Position numbers and translations under genes: made by a program. A stretch of 64,000 nt of DNA, from NCBI GenBank assembly GCA_030704615.1, contig CM060733.1:13764001-13828000 (forward strand). Direction: 5' to 3'. The notes below the pieces were generated by a model that was not told where the DNA came from, ran no database searches, and saw only the letters and a program-made list of their open reading frames with translations. This DNA comes from Takakia lepidozioides. Taxonomy: Eukaryota > Plantae > Bryophyta. Below are positions 39,315 to 52,475 of the stretch, piece by piece. Each line of letters opens with the position of its first letter. The stretch's first letter is position 1.

Positions 39315-39884
39315 TTGTGTCATCCTCACCATGATCCTGCTGCCCCAATTGACTCGATTAAGCTCTCGATGTATGCTGATGATACCTCTTTGCTGATTGA
39401 TAATGAGCTGCCCTCCAATTCCAGGAATGCTCTGGTTGTATTGCAAACCTTCAGCTTTGCTTCTGGTTTAAAGGTTAATTGGTCGAAGTCTAAGGGTCTC
39501 CTGTCTGAGCTCAGCCCTTCCTCTCCCAAGCTCCACTGTTTGCAATGGGGCCAAGATATCGGGCTTCAATGGCTCCTTCCTGGAGAATGCCACACAGTGC
39601 TTGGTTATCAATTTGGCTCTCACCTTTTCGAGGATCAGAGAATGCACAAGGTTCTCGCAAAAATCAGATGCAAGTTGGCTTACTGGTCATCTGCTATGCT
39701 CTCATTGGCAGGCAGGGCCCTAATCCTTAATCAGGTTGTGGAAGGATCTGCCTGGTTCTATACTGCCATGTGGGCCCCTAGTGCTTCCTTCTTCTCTTCT
39801 TTGGAAGATAGTAAATCGCATTCTTCCAGTGGCTTCCCCCAATCCCTCGATCAGGCTGCCTTGTCTCATTTGTGTCATCCTCAC
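39315..39884 (+). mobile_element. Inverted, internally deleted copy of the neighbouring L1 ORF2
   Basis: 39315-39797 is the reverse complement of ~48820-49313 (MYADD), fused to the reverse complement of ~41180-41255. Confidence 0.85.
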
Positions 39885-42800
39885 ATAGTACTTTAACGGA
39901 GAGAAATCCATCCAAGAGGATGAGGTGGAAAGCTACGATTATGAGAAACAAACAGCTAGGAGAGGGCCAAGAGCAAAAGTAGTGCTCACGAGATGCGAGC
40001 TCTTGGTATGCCGACTAGCCCTGACAGATTCGTACCACTGCTAACAATGAGAAGATCAACCAATTTTTTTTTGTTAAAGGGACGGAGGCCCTGAAAATTG
40101 TATTAAAGAAAAACGGGAATAAATAATCCGTTGGGATACAACCTTAAAGCGCATGAAGGGGATACCACCCCGTGACCAGAAAACCACTAAGAACACTGAA
40201 GACCAAGGGGTCAAGAGTGGAGGAAGCAAACCATTAGAGAGGAAGCTGGATTAGACTCAAAGAAAACTGCCAGTACATGATATAATGGGCAAGCATAATG
40301 CTCAAGCCAGCATAACCGAGCAGCTGGGCTAAGATCCCTGGAACGTAAGAAGAAAGAATAGCCACAGGCACAACAAAGCTGAAGCAATGAGCTGCAGAAA
40401 TGTAAAGGCTAGAGAGGACTAAAGCCAGATGAGACTAAGGTCAAAACCAAGGCCTATACCAGATCAGGGCTCTAACACCAGGCTGGACTAAGGCCAGAAA
40501 CATCAGGCCAGAATCAGGCAAGGCCTGAACCAGGCTAATGCCAGAAACACCTGACCAAAACAGAGACCAGAAACATCAGAACGTGGGACTATACCCAAGC
40601 CAGAAGGGCATAGATCAAGAGCATGAAACTAGAAGTCTAAATGCGTCTTGATACGATCTGCTCGGCCTTTGCGATGGCGCCAATTCACATCCATATCCTC
40701 AAATTCTGGCAGGGTACTGCCATTCTTGGGGGAACTGATCATGCCAGGAGATCCTAGAGTCTGTGTGGCGAGTTGCCCTTGGCCCAAGAGGTGTCGAAGT
40801 CTTGAAGTAATTGAACCCTTCTTCTGTCTGAATACCTGTCAATTGCTGCCACAAGAATAACCCACGCTTTCCTCCCTTCAGACATCAGATCTGAAAATAT
40901 GCCAGAATGGATCAGATTGATGCTGAGGTGCCCTCCTCCATAGATATAAGCACATCTACATTTCCATATCTGCCAAAGGGTATGCGCTCGCAAACAACAC
41001 CATACAGAGCAAGTAGCAAAGGCCGAAGACTGATTGAGATTGAGCAGAATGGAGTCAGGAGAGAGGGGGGGGAGGGCATGCCAGTGGGCATAGAAATTGT
41101 TAACCCAAAGCCAAACATCATTTGCAAGAGAGCAATGAATTAGGCAGTGCTCCATAGACTCCGGCAAAGAGTGGGAACAAATGAGACAAGGCAGCCTGAT
41201 CGAGGGATTGGGGGAAGCCACTGGAAGAATGCGATTTACTATCTTCCAAAGAAAAGCGCTGATTTTGGCAGCCCGTTCTTTACGCCAGACGTGCTTCTAA
41301 ACCGACTTCCAAGCAGGCAGAGTCAAATTCAACCCCCACTTTTTGTTCTAGACCTGAGTGCGGGGTCTGGGAGGCAACAAGAGCTTGTAACCCATCTTAA
41401 CAGTATACCCAAAAAAGGGGTGTGTTTCGTATCCATCCATCTCCACTCGCCAGGGTCAAATTGAAGCTGAGCAAGGGGAGCTTTGAGAAACCACAGGAAG
41501 GTGGCAGAGGTGAGCCAATGGATCTCACCACCAGGGGGGGGTTGAGGACTACTTGCACCATCCACAAGGTTGAAAACTCGGATGTCATAAAGCCCTGCAA
41601 TTGGGAGGTGCACGATACCCACATAGGAAAGGAAACCCCATCTATTGGCCTGGAAGCCAAACCCCGATGCAATATTATCAGAGCATGACATTACCAGGAC
41701 TGCATGGTAAGGGGAGCCTTGCGAGCAACCTTTCCAGGCAAGAAGGGTACCAAAGGCTGGTCCAGCCTCCAGAGTTTGCCCCAAACCATTGTAGATCTCG
41801 GAGGTGATTAGGGCCCAGCTTTGTCGGGCTCTTCTTTTACCCACATACATAGCCAATTGCTCTTCCGATAGAAACTTCCCATCTTCCCAAACATGAGAAA
41901 CACACGTAATGCCAGCAGATTCCCAACCAGCCCACTTGGGGGAAAGCTTAGCTAAGCTTTCAGAGTTCAGATTGAGATTACCGAACACAGATTGGCGAGA
42001 AGCTTCATCATACAAGGACGGGGTGCGCAGGGTGAGGTGGCCACGAACAAGCCTCCGAGCTTTCCAGATAGATTGCCAGGCCAGAGAGCCACACGAGGGA
42101 TGGCCGCGATGTCCTTGCATGAGCCACTTGAAAGAAGGGGGCCGGAGGCTGTTCGCACCAGGTGATGAACTCATGAGATGCGGTTGCACCAACACTAGAA
42201 GCATTCGTGTCTTTTCCGAATCGACTGCGTGTCCAAAACCACTGAGGGAACAACTTTGAGATGTTTGTTACTACTGCACAGTCGTAACGGATAAATTCAC
42301 ATTTCTAATGGTGGATAGAAGTTGCATCAATGACTCCGCAGTCGGCACAATATTCGCGACGATTTAATTCAATTACGTAAATTGTTTTTTTTTTTAAACA
42401 GCAATTACAAGTGGTTTTAAGCACTAGAGAACGACTCTTAACAACTAGGCATTCATTGCACACCTTATTCAAAAATGGAATTTTTATAAGTGCTCCACAT
42501 GGCTCATGACGTGGAATATTTTAATGTATTTTAGGGCTTGTGTGGCTCGTAGAGATTGTTCTAATCGTCGGATGTAAAATGATCTAAGGGTGGAAGAGTA
42601 ACTTTGTCATTTGCCTGAATTTGTCTAAGTGTTGGGAGAGGGATGGAGGCTTGAGAGAGAGACGAACAAGTGATGCGAGAAGGACGAAGACCAAATCGAG
42701 GCCCATGTCCTGTTGTTGCAAGCGTTTATGGCGTCAAGGGCGCATTATGTGCAAATGTGGGCTCTTGGCTCCCCTTTGTACCATGATTTGGTATTCTTCC

Positions 42801-43049
42801 TGATGATCACAAGGTTCTTGGGGGAATCAGCTTGGTCTTAGCAACCCATATTTTTATCTCTGCCCGCTCAGCTGCACCGTGGTGGTTCTTACGAACCAAT
42901 CCCACATTACCTGACTAGAGATACAAGCAGCACGCACAAGAGGTCTTCTTGGGTTCATGGTCAGTCTAATCCGCAATGGGTCATGACACAAGGTAGAGGA
43001 CAATGTGGTGAGGGCACCTTCTTCTTCGAGTTATTTCAGCCTGTTTTGC

Positions 43050-43830
43050 AGAGATGTAGTGTCGTGGAGTGCGATGCTTGCAGGGTATGGAGGCTTTGGA
43101 GACCTATGAAGTTGCGAAGGGAGAGTTTGATAACATGGCTGAACAAGATGTTGTCTCAAGGAACTCGCAAGATATGGCCAGCTTGTGTGCGGGATGAGGG
43201 CATTGGAGACATATGAGCAAATGTTGAGAAGAGGTGCAGCCTGACCGGGTCACGTTCATTTGTGTTTGCAATGCATGTGCAAACCTGGCAGCCCTGGAGA
43301 CTTGGTAAAGGGCAAAGAGGTCCATCGTGACATTGTCAAAGCTGGAACTGTACCAAATGTAACAATACCTCGTCGACATGTATGCCAAACGTGGGAGCAT
43401 TCCCTTGTGGACAAGGAGTGTTTAACAATATGGCTGAGCGAAATGTGGTGTGGTGGAACGTGATGATCACAGGACATGCACAACATGGGCGGGGATTGCG
43501 GGTTTTGGAGACCTATGAGCAAATGATGTGGGTCTAGGGGGTGAAGCCCGAGCACATTACGTTTGTTTGTGTTTGTAGTGCATGTGCGAGCCTGTTGGAG
43601 AAGGGCAAAGAGGTCCATGGTTGCATCGTCAAAGCTGGAATTGTGGTAGATGTCATTCTGAACATGAATACCCTTCTAGATAGGGAGTGTTCAACAATAT
43701 GGCTGAGCGAAATGTGGTGTCGTGGAAAGTGATGATCGCAGGACATGCACAACAGGGGCGGGGATTGCAGGTTTTGGAGACCTATGAGCAGTTGATGTGG
43801 GAGGGGGTGAAGTCCGACCACATTACGTTC
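43050..43830 (+). pseudogene. Degenerate PLS-PPR repeats inside the CACTA element (further piece at 46510-46656)
   Basis: KGKEVHRDIVKAG, ACASLLEKGKEVHGCIVKAG and AERNVVSWKVMIAGHAQQGRGLQVLETYEQL, with several frameshifts. Confidence 0.85.
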
Positions 43831-46659
43831 AGAGAGTTCAAATGCCTCTCCACCATGACCTTGCTTAGCTAACCATGCCTTGCTGATGTTGTTGTCTTGC
43901 ACTTGAGCTGTTTTTGGACACTGGCTGGAACATCCACAAGGCGGCTCTGCTCGAGAGAGAAATCAGCTTGAATGCAGGGGCAGATTTTGAGATCACAATC
44001 GCCACTCAGAACGTTGTTCTTTGCACCAGCATGGCATGTCAGCATGCATATCAGCCCAAACTCATTACTCTGTGAGCCTTCCACTGCCGGAGTGTGCCCA
44101 TTCAAGCCAGATCTTCGAAATGCAGGGATGGAACGGGGTTTTGAAACCAGCATTGCCTAACTGGATACCCAATTCAGCTCCGCATCTTGGTCCATTAATC
44201 TACTGCACATTGTGAAGTTTTCTGCCCGTTCACCGCAAGTTGAAGAAGGAGTATTCTTAAAACACGGGTACTCATAATCTGAAAATGGCTCCAGCTTATG
44301 TTGCTTGAGTGCGAATATGAGTGTGGTTGGCTTGGCAGCTTTACATCTGGTTCCATCCCACTCGATATGATGAGCAGGTTCAGCTTGACTTCTCTCACAC
44401 AAAAGACGCTGCCAAGATGGGGTTTGCTGCCCTAGATGACTTCCCGTCGTTGTTCTGGGCTGCAACATACAATTAATCTGGCCCATGGCGAGGGGCCTTG
44501 CCTTCCACCAATCATCTGTAAGTCCTGTGAAACTGTTTTTGTGGCAGTTTGTAAGCAGTGGGCAGCGATGGTGGGCTGTTGTAGGATTTGATGAACTCAA
44601 TGTCGTGTACTGACAGCAACCCCTCATCTCTTATGCAAGCATTCAACAAGCCAAGTTGACTGCAGAGCATATTCAGCCCCCCACGTTTCTAGTTGCCTAA
44701 TGTTCTTCATCTCCTGGGCAGAGCATTTTCTAGGGTCTCCATCTGTGATGACACACTATCTTCTCATGTGGTTCAGCTTCTGGTCTTGCTCTTGTTTGCA
44801 CCACCCCAATGAAGGGCAGTTCCCACCTGCTTGATTCTCTCTATATGGTTGTCTTGGGTCTTGGCAGGGTTTCCCACAACCGCCTTTCCTTTTCAGACTG
44901 CCAGTCATCAGCCTCGTTCTCCAATGCTTCACTTTCTTCCCAAGTGAAGTGCTCTCCTCTTTTATGCTTCAACGTCCCTGCAGGTGTCTTTTCCTTCATC
45001 TCCCGTGGTGCTTTCGAATGAATGAGCACTGATTTACATCTGTTGGCAACACTTACGGTGTCCCTTTCCTTGCATGCCACTGCAGGCCCGCATTGACTTT
45101 CTTGGCAGGGAAGTCTCCTCCTTCTCCCTCATTTTCTGGCTCTGTTGGTGCCCCACTCACCATGCTATCAGGGCTGCACTTATTTTTGTGGTATTGCGCC
45201 AGCCAAGGGCGATCTTTCACTGGTCCGATTGTTGGCAACAGCTGATTGGAGTCTTCTTGGCAGAGTCTCCCACGAGCTCCCATCAATTTCAGGCATCAGG
45301 TTTTCTACCCTGCCCTTCCACTTTTCATAAGCGAGGTACTGTCTTCCTCCCTTTCACTCTTCAGCCTCTCAGGCAGATTTTTCTTCATGCGATTGCTGCT
45401 CCCATACTTCCAGTCCTTGTTTAATTTTCTCCAGCCATCACCCTCAGATTTGACAAGGTATTGCTGCCCTTCCTTGTGTCTTTCCTCACTCCCAGCTGCT
45501 GGTTTTATCCCAGATTCACCTCTCATCCTTGCCTGGGGTTTTGCTTGCCAAACAACCCTTGTGTGGGGAACTTCAACGAAAGGCAACATCTCATTCTCAG
45601 CTCCTGTCTTTGTACCTCTTTGCAGCAGTCCAGCCTCGGGTGCCTCACTTTCTGATTGCTGGGTTGCATTCTTCGCCGCCAACCTTTGACAAGAAAGTGT
45701 GCTCCATCTTCCTCATCTCCTACTGGTTCCCTTGATGCTTCACCTCGTATGTCTTCCTCCTCATGTTTTAGCAGCAGCTCCCATGCTTGAATTGCTACTT
45801 TTCCTCGTAGTTGATCTTGTGCTTTCCTTTTTCTCCGTAGCCTAATCAACAGTTTTGTCTTGGCAGCTCCCTTGCCATGAGTGCCTTGTCTCACTGCATC
45901 TCCCTTGGCTGCCCACCATCCGTGGAGTCTTTCTTGCACTATTCTGACCCTCGTTGGCATGCACTTTGCTGCGATGCCCCACATGTATTTGCTGCTCCCT
46001 TTAATCATCAACATAGTGCTCCAGAGCCAGTTCCTCATTGTTGACCAGTTGACCTTCTCAGCCCTTGGACCCCATTTTCCCTTCTCCCATGTTGCCTCGT
46101 CTTTCTGCTTCATCATTTGCTTTACTTGCACGATGTTGCTTCTTCCCTACAGCTCATCATGTGTTGTGGCTCTTTCCCATGTTGCACTCACTCCCATCAT
46201 ACGTTGTGCAGTTGATAAGACTGAGATGAGTTGATGCAGGATAGGGGGAGGGCTTGCTGGTGTATGTTGTCCGATAGGCCCCATGCACAGAGTCAAAGCT
46301 GGAAGTCAGCCTTGCAAGGACCCAAGTGAGAGAAGTCTGGTGGGGGTAGCATCTTGGGGGATGGCAGTTAGGGCAATGTGTGTCTAGGGCAATATATGTC
46401 ATAGCAGCGGGTGATGTGCTGCCAATTTTGAGGATAGAGACAGCCTGTAAGCTGTAGATTTGTATAAGTGGTTTCTTCTGACACATATTGCTCCCAGTTT
46501 GCCACAACCAGTTGTTTGCGTTTGTAGTGCATGTGCGAGCCTGCTGGGGAAGGGCAAAGAGGTCCATGGTTGCATCGTCAAAGCTGGAATTGTGGCAGAT
46601 GTCATTCTGAACAATACCCTTGTGGACAGGGAGTGTTCAACAATATGGCTGAGCGAAGG

Positions 46660-47760
46660 ATAGAGTGTAATGACTGCTAATGAAGGCACCTTCTTCAATT
46701 TCACCTTGTTTTCCCCTCTTATCAGAATCGCCCCTAATTATTCATGTCTGAATTCTGCAAGTTAGCTGGTTGAGTGAAGCTTTGATAGTTTGGAGTGACT
46801 TTGACATGATTCTGCCAATGTGACAACAGGAAAGTATCAGAAACAGGTAACACAGACGAGGAGAAGTTGTGGAATGAATATTTTTCTGACCCCAGTCAAT
46901 GGTGGACAATCGAGGCAAGAAGGTGAATGTTTGTTGGATTATAGAGAGTAGCAGATGCAATTGAGCGTAGGAACTAGTGTGATAAGTTGAGTTGGGTGCT
47001 TCCTAGAACAAGTCTAGGCTGTCATCGTCAACTGCTAGCAACAAGGCAAGGTTGTATGCATGATTCGTGCGAGGCATGGATAGTTGAAGGAGCAAGGATA
47101 GAGTGTGGGTGCAGATTCACCCAAGAGGGCCAGACTTCAAGCTCCAGATTAACTATGAAGCTACAAGAAACCTGCATGGGTAGATGGTCAACTGGCAGCA
47201 ACGGCACAATTGATAAAATCAGACATTGTTAATGAAGGCATCTTCTTCAGCACATTTCACCCTGTTTTTCCCTCTTATTAGAATCGGTCCAAAATTTCCA
47301 TGTTGAATTATGCAAGTTAACTGGTTGAGTGAATCTAGTTTGGAGTGACTTTGACATGATACTGCTATGTGACAACAGGAAAGTATCAAAAAACAAGTAA
47401 CAGACATGAGGAGAAGCTGTGGAATGAATACTTTTCTGCCCCCAGTCAATGATGGGACAACCGAGGCAAAAAGATGAATGCCTGCTACATTTCAGAGAGT
47501 AGCAGATGCAATTGAGCATAGGAACTAGTGTGATAAGCTGAGTTGGGTGTTTCCTAGAACAAATGTAGGTTGTCATTGTCAGCTACTAGCAGCAAGGCAA
47601 GGATGAATGCATGATTTGTGCAGGGGCATGGATAGCTGAAGGAGCAGGGATAGAGTGTGGTCCAGATTCATCCTAGAGGGCCAAATTTCAAGCACAAGAT
47701 TTACCTATGATTCCCTGTGGATCAATAACTACAAGAAACCTCCATGGGTAGATGGTCTAT
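46660..47760 (+). repeat. ~550-bp tandem repeat (2 units); further units at ~53160-53945, 54565-54925 and 55975-56165
   Basis: Recurrent blocks aatgaaggca..tcttc, tttggagtgactttgacatgat and gatagctgaaggagcagggatagagtgt..caagaaacctgcatgggtagatggtc. Period is about 552 bp. Confidence 0.85.
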
Positions 47761-47887
47761 TCCGTGGAACTCACTGAAGTCTTGCATTATGAGGATCAGA
47801 ACTGCTTGACTTGCACGAGGCCTTGACCCTTAGGCAATCCCCAGAGCAGCAGTAGCTTTTGGGCTGCTTTTTTACTTTGTGTTTTTC

Positions 47888-47976
47888 ATTTTGTCCCATA
47901 AGCTCTTTGAGTTTTCCGCAGATGTAATAAAGTACCATTTTGTTTCATTTCATTCATTTTCATTTCATTTTGTTTC
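47888..47976 (+). mobile_element. Short RTEX-like 3'-end copy inside the CACTA element
   Basis: ttttgtcccataagctctttgagttttccgcagatgtaataaagtaccattt...catttcatt. Confidence 0.75.
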
Positions 47977-50936
47977 ATGGCATGTCTTTCATCGTTTGTG
48001 CATTTCTAATGCATGATTAGTTCTCTTGTATGGCATTACTAGTCGACTCACTACAAACACCAAAACTCCAAAGCATGAATCACTATGAATGATTGTTCAA
48101 GTAATTTCGAGCACTTCATGTAAAGTAGTAAAGCAGTGGTTGCGCCAACTTCCGCAGTCACAATTGCCACTGGGCATGTAGCACTGCAAGTTATGTGGTC
48201 TACTACCACGTGGCGCCCCGGGCCCGTGGCCACGTGGCAGCAGTGGTGCTCGTCGTGACGCCGCCACGTCGGCATCCATATCGTCGTCCACGTCCGCATC
48301 CATGTATCACCGCGCTTCAGTGAGTCGGTCCACTCATCCGGAGGGAAAAGTCAAAGTCAGCCCAAAAGGTTAGACACACGGGCGGCCCGCCTGGTTACGC
48401 CACGTGGTTCTTCAGCATTAATCGCATTAATCGCTGAGCAGTTGTTCGCGCGTCTGCGTCCTTTACCACTCCAATCATTGGATGTCCAACCCAACTACCA
48501 CGTCTGTTGTAACTAGTCGTTTGTAACTTCCAGTCGATCCCAGTTTTTTGACTTTTACGACTCAAAATGAGTCGTTACCCCAGTGGTAAATGACACGAAT
48601 GCTTCTAGTGCAAGATGCTCCATGGGCTGTTCCTACGCAGAAGTGCTCTGGGGATCCATTTTGCCAAAAGCGCCGAGACCTGGGCCTGAGGGTCGATAAT
48701 ACCTAGGCCACCAATTTTTTTGCTTTGGCAGAGCTGCTCCCAAGCCACCAGAGGGCGCCTGGTGGGGGAGGCTGGATTTGCACCCCATAAAAAATTGCGG
48801 AATATAGACTTAATCTCAGAGAAGAAGGAAGCACTAGGGGCCCACATGGCAGTATAGAACCAGGCAGATCCTTCCACAACCTGATTAAAGATTAGGGCCC
48901 TGCCTGCCAATGAGAGCATAGCAGATGACCAATAAGCCAACTTGCATCTGATTTTTGCGAGAACCTTGTGCATTCTCTTGTGCATTCTCTGATCCTCGAA
49001 AAGGTGAGAGCCAAATTGATAACCAAGCACTGTGTGGCATTCTCCAGGAAGGAGCCATTGAAGCCCGATATCTTGGCCCCATTGCGAACAGTGGAGCTTG
49101 GGAGAGGAAGGGCTGAGCTCAGACAGGAGACCCTTAGACTTCGACCAATTGACCTTTAAACCATAAGCAAAGCTGAAGGTTTGCAATACAGCCAGAGCAT
49201 TCCTGGAATTGGAGGGTAGCTCATCATTCAATCAGCAAAGAGGTATCATCAGCATACATGGAGAGCTTAATCGAGTCAATTGGGGCAGCAGGATCATGGT
49301 GAGGATGACACAACCCAATGATATCAGGTCTGCTTTGCATCATGTGGCCCAAGGCATCAGCCGCAATCAGGAAGAGGAAGGGGGCTAAAGGACAGCTTGG
49401 CCTACAGATCTAAAAAGAGGGAAGGCCTTGGAGAGACTTCCATTGATCATCATTTTGCTAGATGCTGATCTTAGGAGAATAAAAATCCAGGAAAGGAAAT
49501 CACCTTTGATCCCTACTTTAGATAAGACTCCCTGCAAGAAGGTCCAATCCAAGACACTAGAAGAGAAACCGGCTTTTTCCATGGCTCTATGGCCAGACTT
49601 GACCGTTGCTATCTTCGCTTGGGCTAAAGTTATGCCAACAGGCCCTGTTTTGCCAGACTTTGATCATGCAGCCATTTCCCTCTCTTTTGCCACCCCTGGA
49701 AGCAAAATCAAAGGCAGGGGCTATGTCATCTCACACCTGGCACATTCCACAACTTTTATCACGGGTCTATACACTGAGCCAAGGTGTGGGTCTAAATATG
49801 CCCTAACTGTGGGGTGTCTCACATGTGGTCCACACCCCAGGCAAGAACGGTGTGAAAACAGCCATGAGCGTGGCAGGGGTTGGCTTAGTTTACATGGCAT
49901 GTTACACACCTGTGTGAAATGGGAACATACAATTATTTCCACTGATTGTGGTGTATGGGGAGTTTGAGAATGATGCCCTTGGAAAATGATTATGAACTTC
50001 ATGTTCATGTTTAGAATTCTGCACGATGGGCTACTAGCAAGTGAAGAATACACCCCATTTTCAATCTCTCCATTATGAAGTCTATAATGCCCTTGGTGAA
50101 ATGAGCATGGGGATCGCATTCAAAGGTGGCCCCGTTCCGTTACAACCTATGACACAACTAGGACAAATAGGCATAGGCATGATTTACACTTTTTGCCACA
50201 AATCATTTGCATCATCTTTACGTTGAACTCCTTGTTTATGTGACATGCTTGGACTTTGTCATCTCACACATCAAAGAAAAAACCAGAATATTTCGAAAAA
50301 ATCCTAACCTAAATTTACTAACAAGTGTTCAAACCAGCCCAATGGTAATATATTTTATTACCATTATCAAATGTTTGTCTACGTGGTGTTTTGGTTTTCT
50401 AGACAAGTCTGGTAGCAGGACTTTAGCCTCTGACCTAGAATGAATCAAAGTGCAAAAGGTTAAAAAGTCAGAAAGTTGCTAATAAGGTTGCCCATTAGGG
50501 TAATCGTGAACACAGAGGAGGGCTGGGACTTGGCGTTTTTTTTTTGTCTCCCTGCGCCACATCATGTAGCTGAGGGATGGAACGCGATGATCGTAGGATA
50601 TGCAGAGGCGTGGAATGGAGGCGTTGAGCAAATGATGTAGGAAGGAGGAGAGGAGGAGGAGATGAGACGAGGAGAAGCTCGCAACATTCTTGCGAGCTTG
50701 CCGTTCTTGGGAGAGTTAGCTTGGTCATAGCAGGCCGTGTTTCAATCTCTGCCTATTCAGCTACACCGTGGTGGTTCGATCTCACAGACCAATCCGACAT
50801 TACCTGACTGCAGACACAAGCAGCAAACACAAGAAGTCCTTTTGGGTTGATGGTCGGTCAAGTCATGACACAACCTCAAGGACAATGTGGTGAGGGCATC
50901 TTTTTTTTTGACCTATTTCAACCTGTTTTGCCCTCT

Positions 50937-52475
50937 CACATCATGTTTGTGTGCATTGCAATGCTTGTGCAAGCCTGGCAACCCTTGAGAAGGGCAAAGA
51001 GGTGCATGGGGATATCATCAAAGCTGGAATTGTACCTAATGTCATTCCATACACTGCCCTGGCAGCTCTGGAAAAGGAGAAGGAGGTCCGTGGTGACATC
51101 TTCAGAGCTGGAATTGTACCAAATGTCATTTTGAACAATACCCTAGTGGACATGTATGCAAAATGTGGGTGCATCGGGGATGCAAAGGGAGTGTTCAACA
51201 CTATGGCTGAACGAGATGTGGTGTCGTGGAGTGCGATGCTTGCAGGGTATGCACAGCAGGGACGTGAGGCTTTGGAGACCTATGAGCAAATGATGGGGGA
51301 AGGGGTTCAGCCCGGCCACATCATGTTTGTATGCATTGCAGGCTTGGCAGCCCTGGAGAAGGGCAAAGAGGTGCATGGGGATATCATCAAAGCTGGAATT
51401 GTACCTAATGTCATTCCATACACTGTCCTGGCAGCTCTGGAAAATGGGAAGGAGGTCCATGGTGACACCTTCAGAGCTGGAATTGTACCAAATGTCATTT
51501 TGAACAATACCCTAGTGGACATGTATGCAAAATGTGGGTGCATCGAGGATGCAAAGGGAGTGTTCAACACTATGGCTGAACGAGATGTGGTGTCATGGAG
51601 CGCGATGCTTGCAGGGTATGCACAGCAGGGACGTGGGATGGAGGCTTTGGAGACCTATGAGCAAATGATGGGGGAAGGGGTTCAGCCCGGCCACATCATG
51701 TTTGTATGCATTGCAGGCCTGGCAGCCCTGGAGAAGGGCAAAGAGGTGCATGGGGATATCATCAAAGCTGGAATTGTACCTAATGTCATTCCATACACTG
51801 CCCTGGCAGCTCTGGAAAAGGGGAAGGAGGTCCGTGGTGACATCTTTAGAGCTGGAATTGTACCAAATGTCATTTTGAACAATACCCTAGTGGACATGTA
51901 TGCAAAATGTGGGTGCATCGGGGATGCAAAGGGAGTGTTCAACACTATGGCTGAACGAGATGTGGTGTCGTGGAGTGCGATGCTTGCAGGGTATACATAG
52001 CAGGGACGTGAGGCTTTGTAGACCTATGAGCAAATGATGGGGGAAGGGGTTCAGCCCGGCCACATCATGTTTGTATGCATTGCAGGCCTGGCAGCCCTGG
52101 AGAAGGGCAAAGAGGTGCATGGGGATATCATCAAAGCTGGAATTGTACCTAATGTCAATCCATACACTGCCCTGGCAGCTCTCGAAAAGGGGAAGGAGGT
52201 CCGTGGTGACATCTTTAGAGCTGGAATTGTACCAAATGTCATTTTGAACAATACCCTAGTGGACATGTATGCAAAATGGGGGTGCATCGAGGATACAAAG
52301 GGAGTGTTCAACACTATGGCTGAACGAGATGTGGTGTCGTGGAGTGCGATGCTTGCAGGGTATGCACAACAGGGATGTGGGATGGAGGCTTTGGAGACCT
52401 ATGAGCAAATGATGGGGGAAGGGGTTCAGCCCAGCCACATCATGTTTGTGTGCATTGCAGGCCTGGCAGCCCTGA
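50937..52475 (+). pseudogene. Tandemly amplified PLS-PPR array (about 4 units, period alternating 369/375 bp), with two stops in unit 3
   Basis: Unit starts (cacatcatgttt) at 50937, 51317, 51692, 52061 and 52436. ORFs 50951-52000 and 52034-52480 repeat LVDMYAKCG..DVVSWSAMLAGYAQQG. Confidence 0.9.

Larger units (their letters stand above)
42193..48610. mobile_element. Non-autonomous CACTA (Pack-CACTA-like) element, 6418 bp, carrying PPR fragments
   Basis: TIR CACTAGAAGCATTCGTGTC at 42193 and its exact reverse complement ending at 48610. The 3-bp TSD CAA is at 42190-42192 and 48611-48613. No transposase was recognised. Confidence 0.92.
40064..49554 (-). mobile_element. L1-clade LINE (RT plus zf-RVT, 3' UTR, poly-A), 5'-truncated and interrupted by a CACTA element at 42193-48610
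   Basis: LDWTFL...G.PLAPFLF..MYADD..GGLGI (49554-48611) continues in frame into 42189-41329. CLIC..ESMEHCLIHC lies at ~41190-41130, and the poly-A appears as a T-run at ~40064-40072. Confidence 0.85.

Noticed and set aside
50937-52475. Regular repeats as a CRISPR-like array
   Set aside because: Eukaryotic context; the units are protein-coding PPR motifs with no unique spacers.
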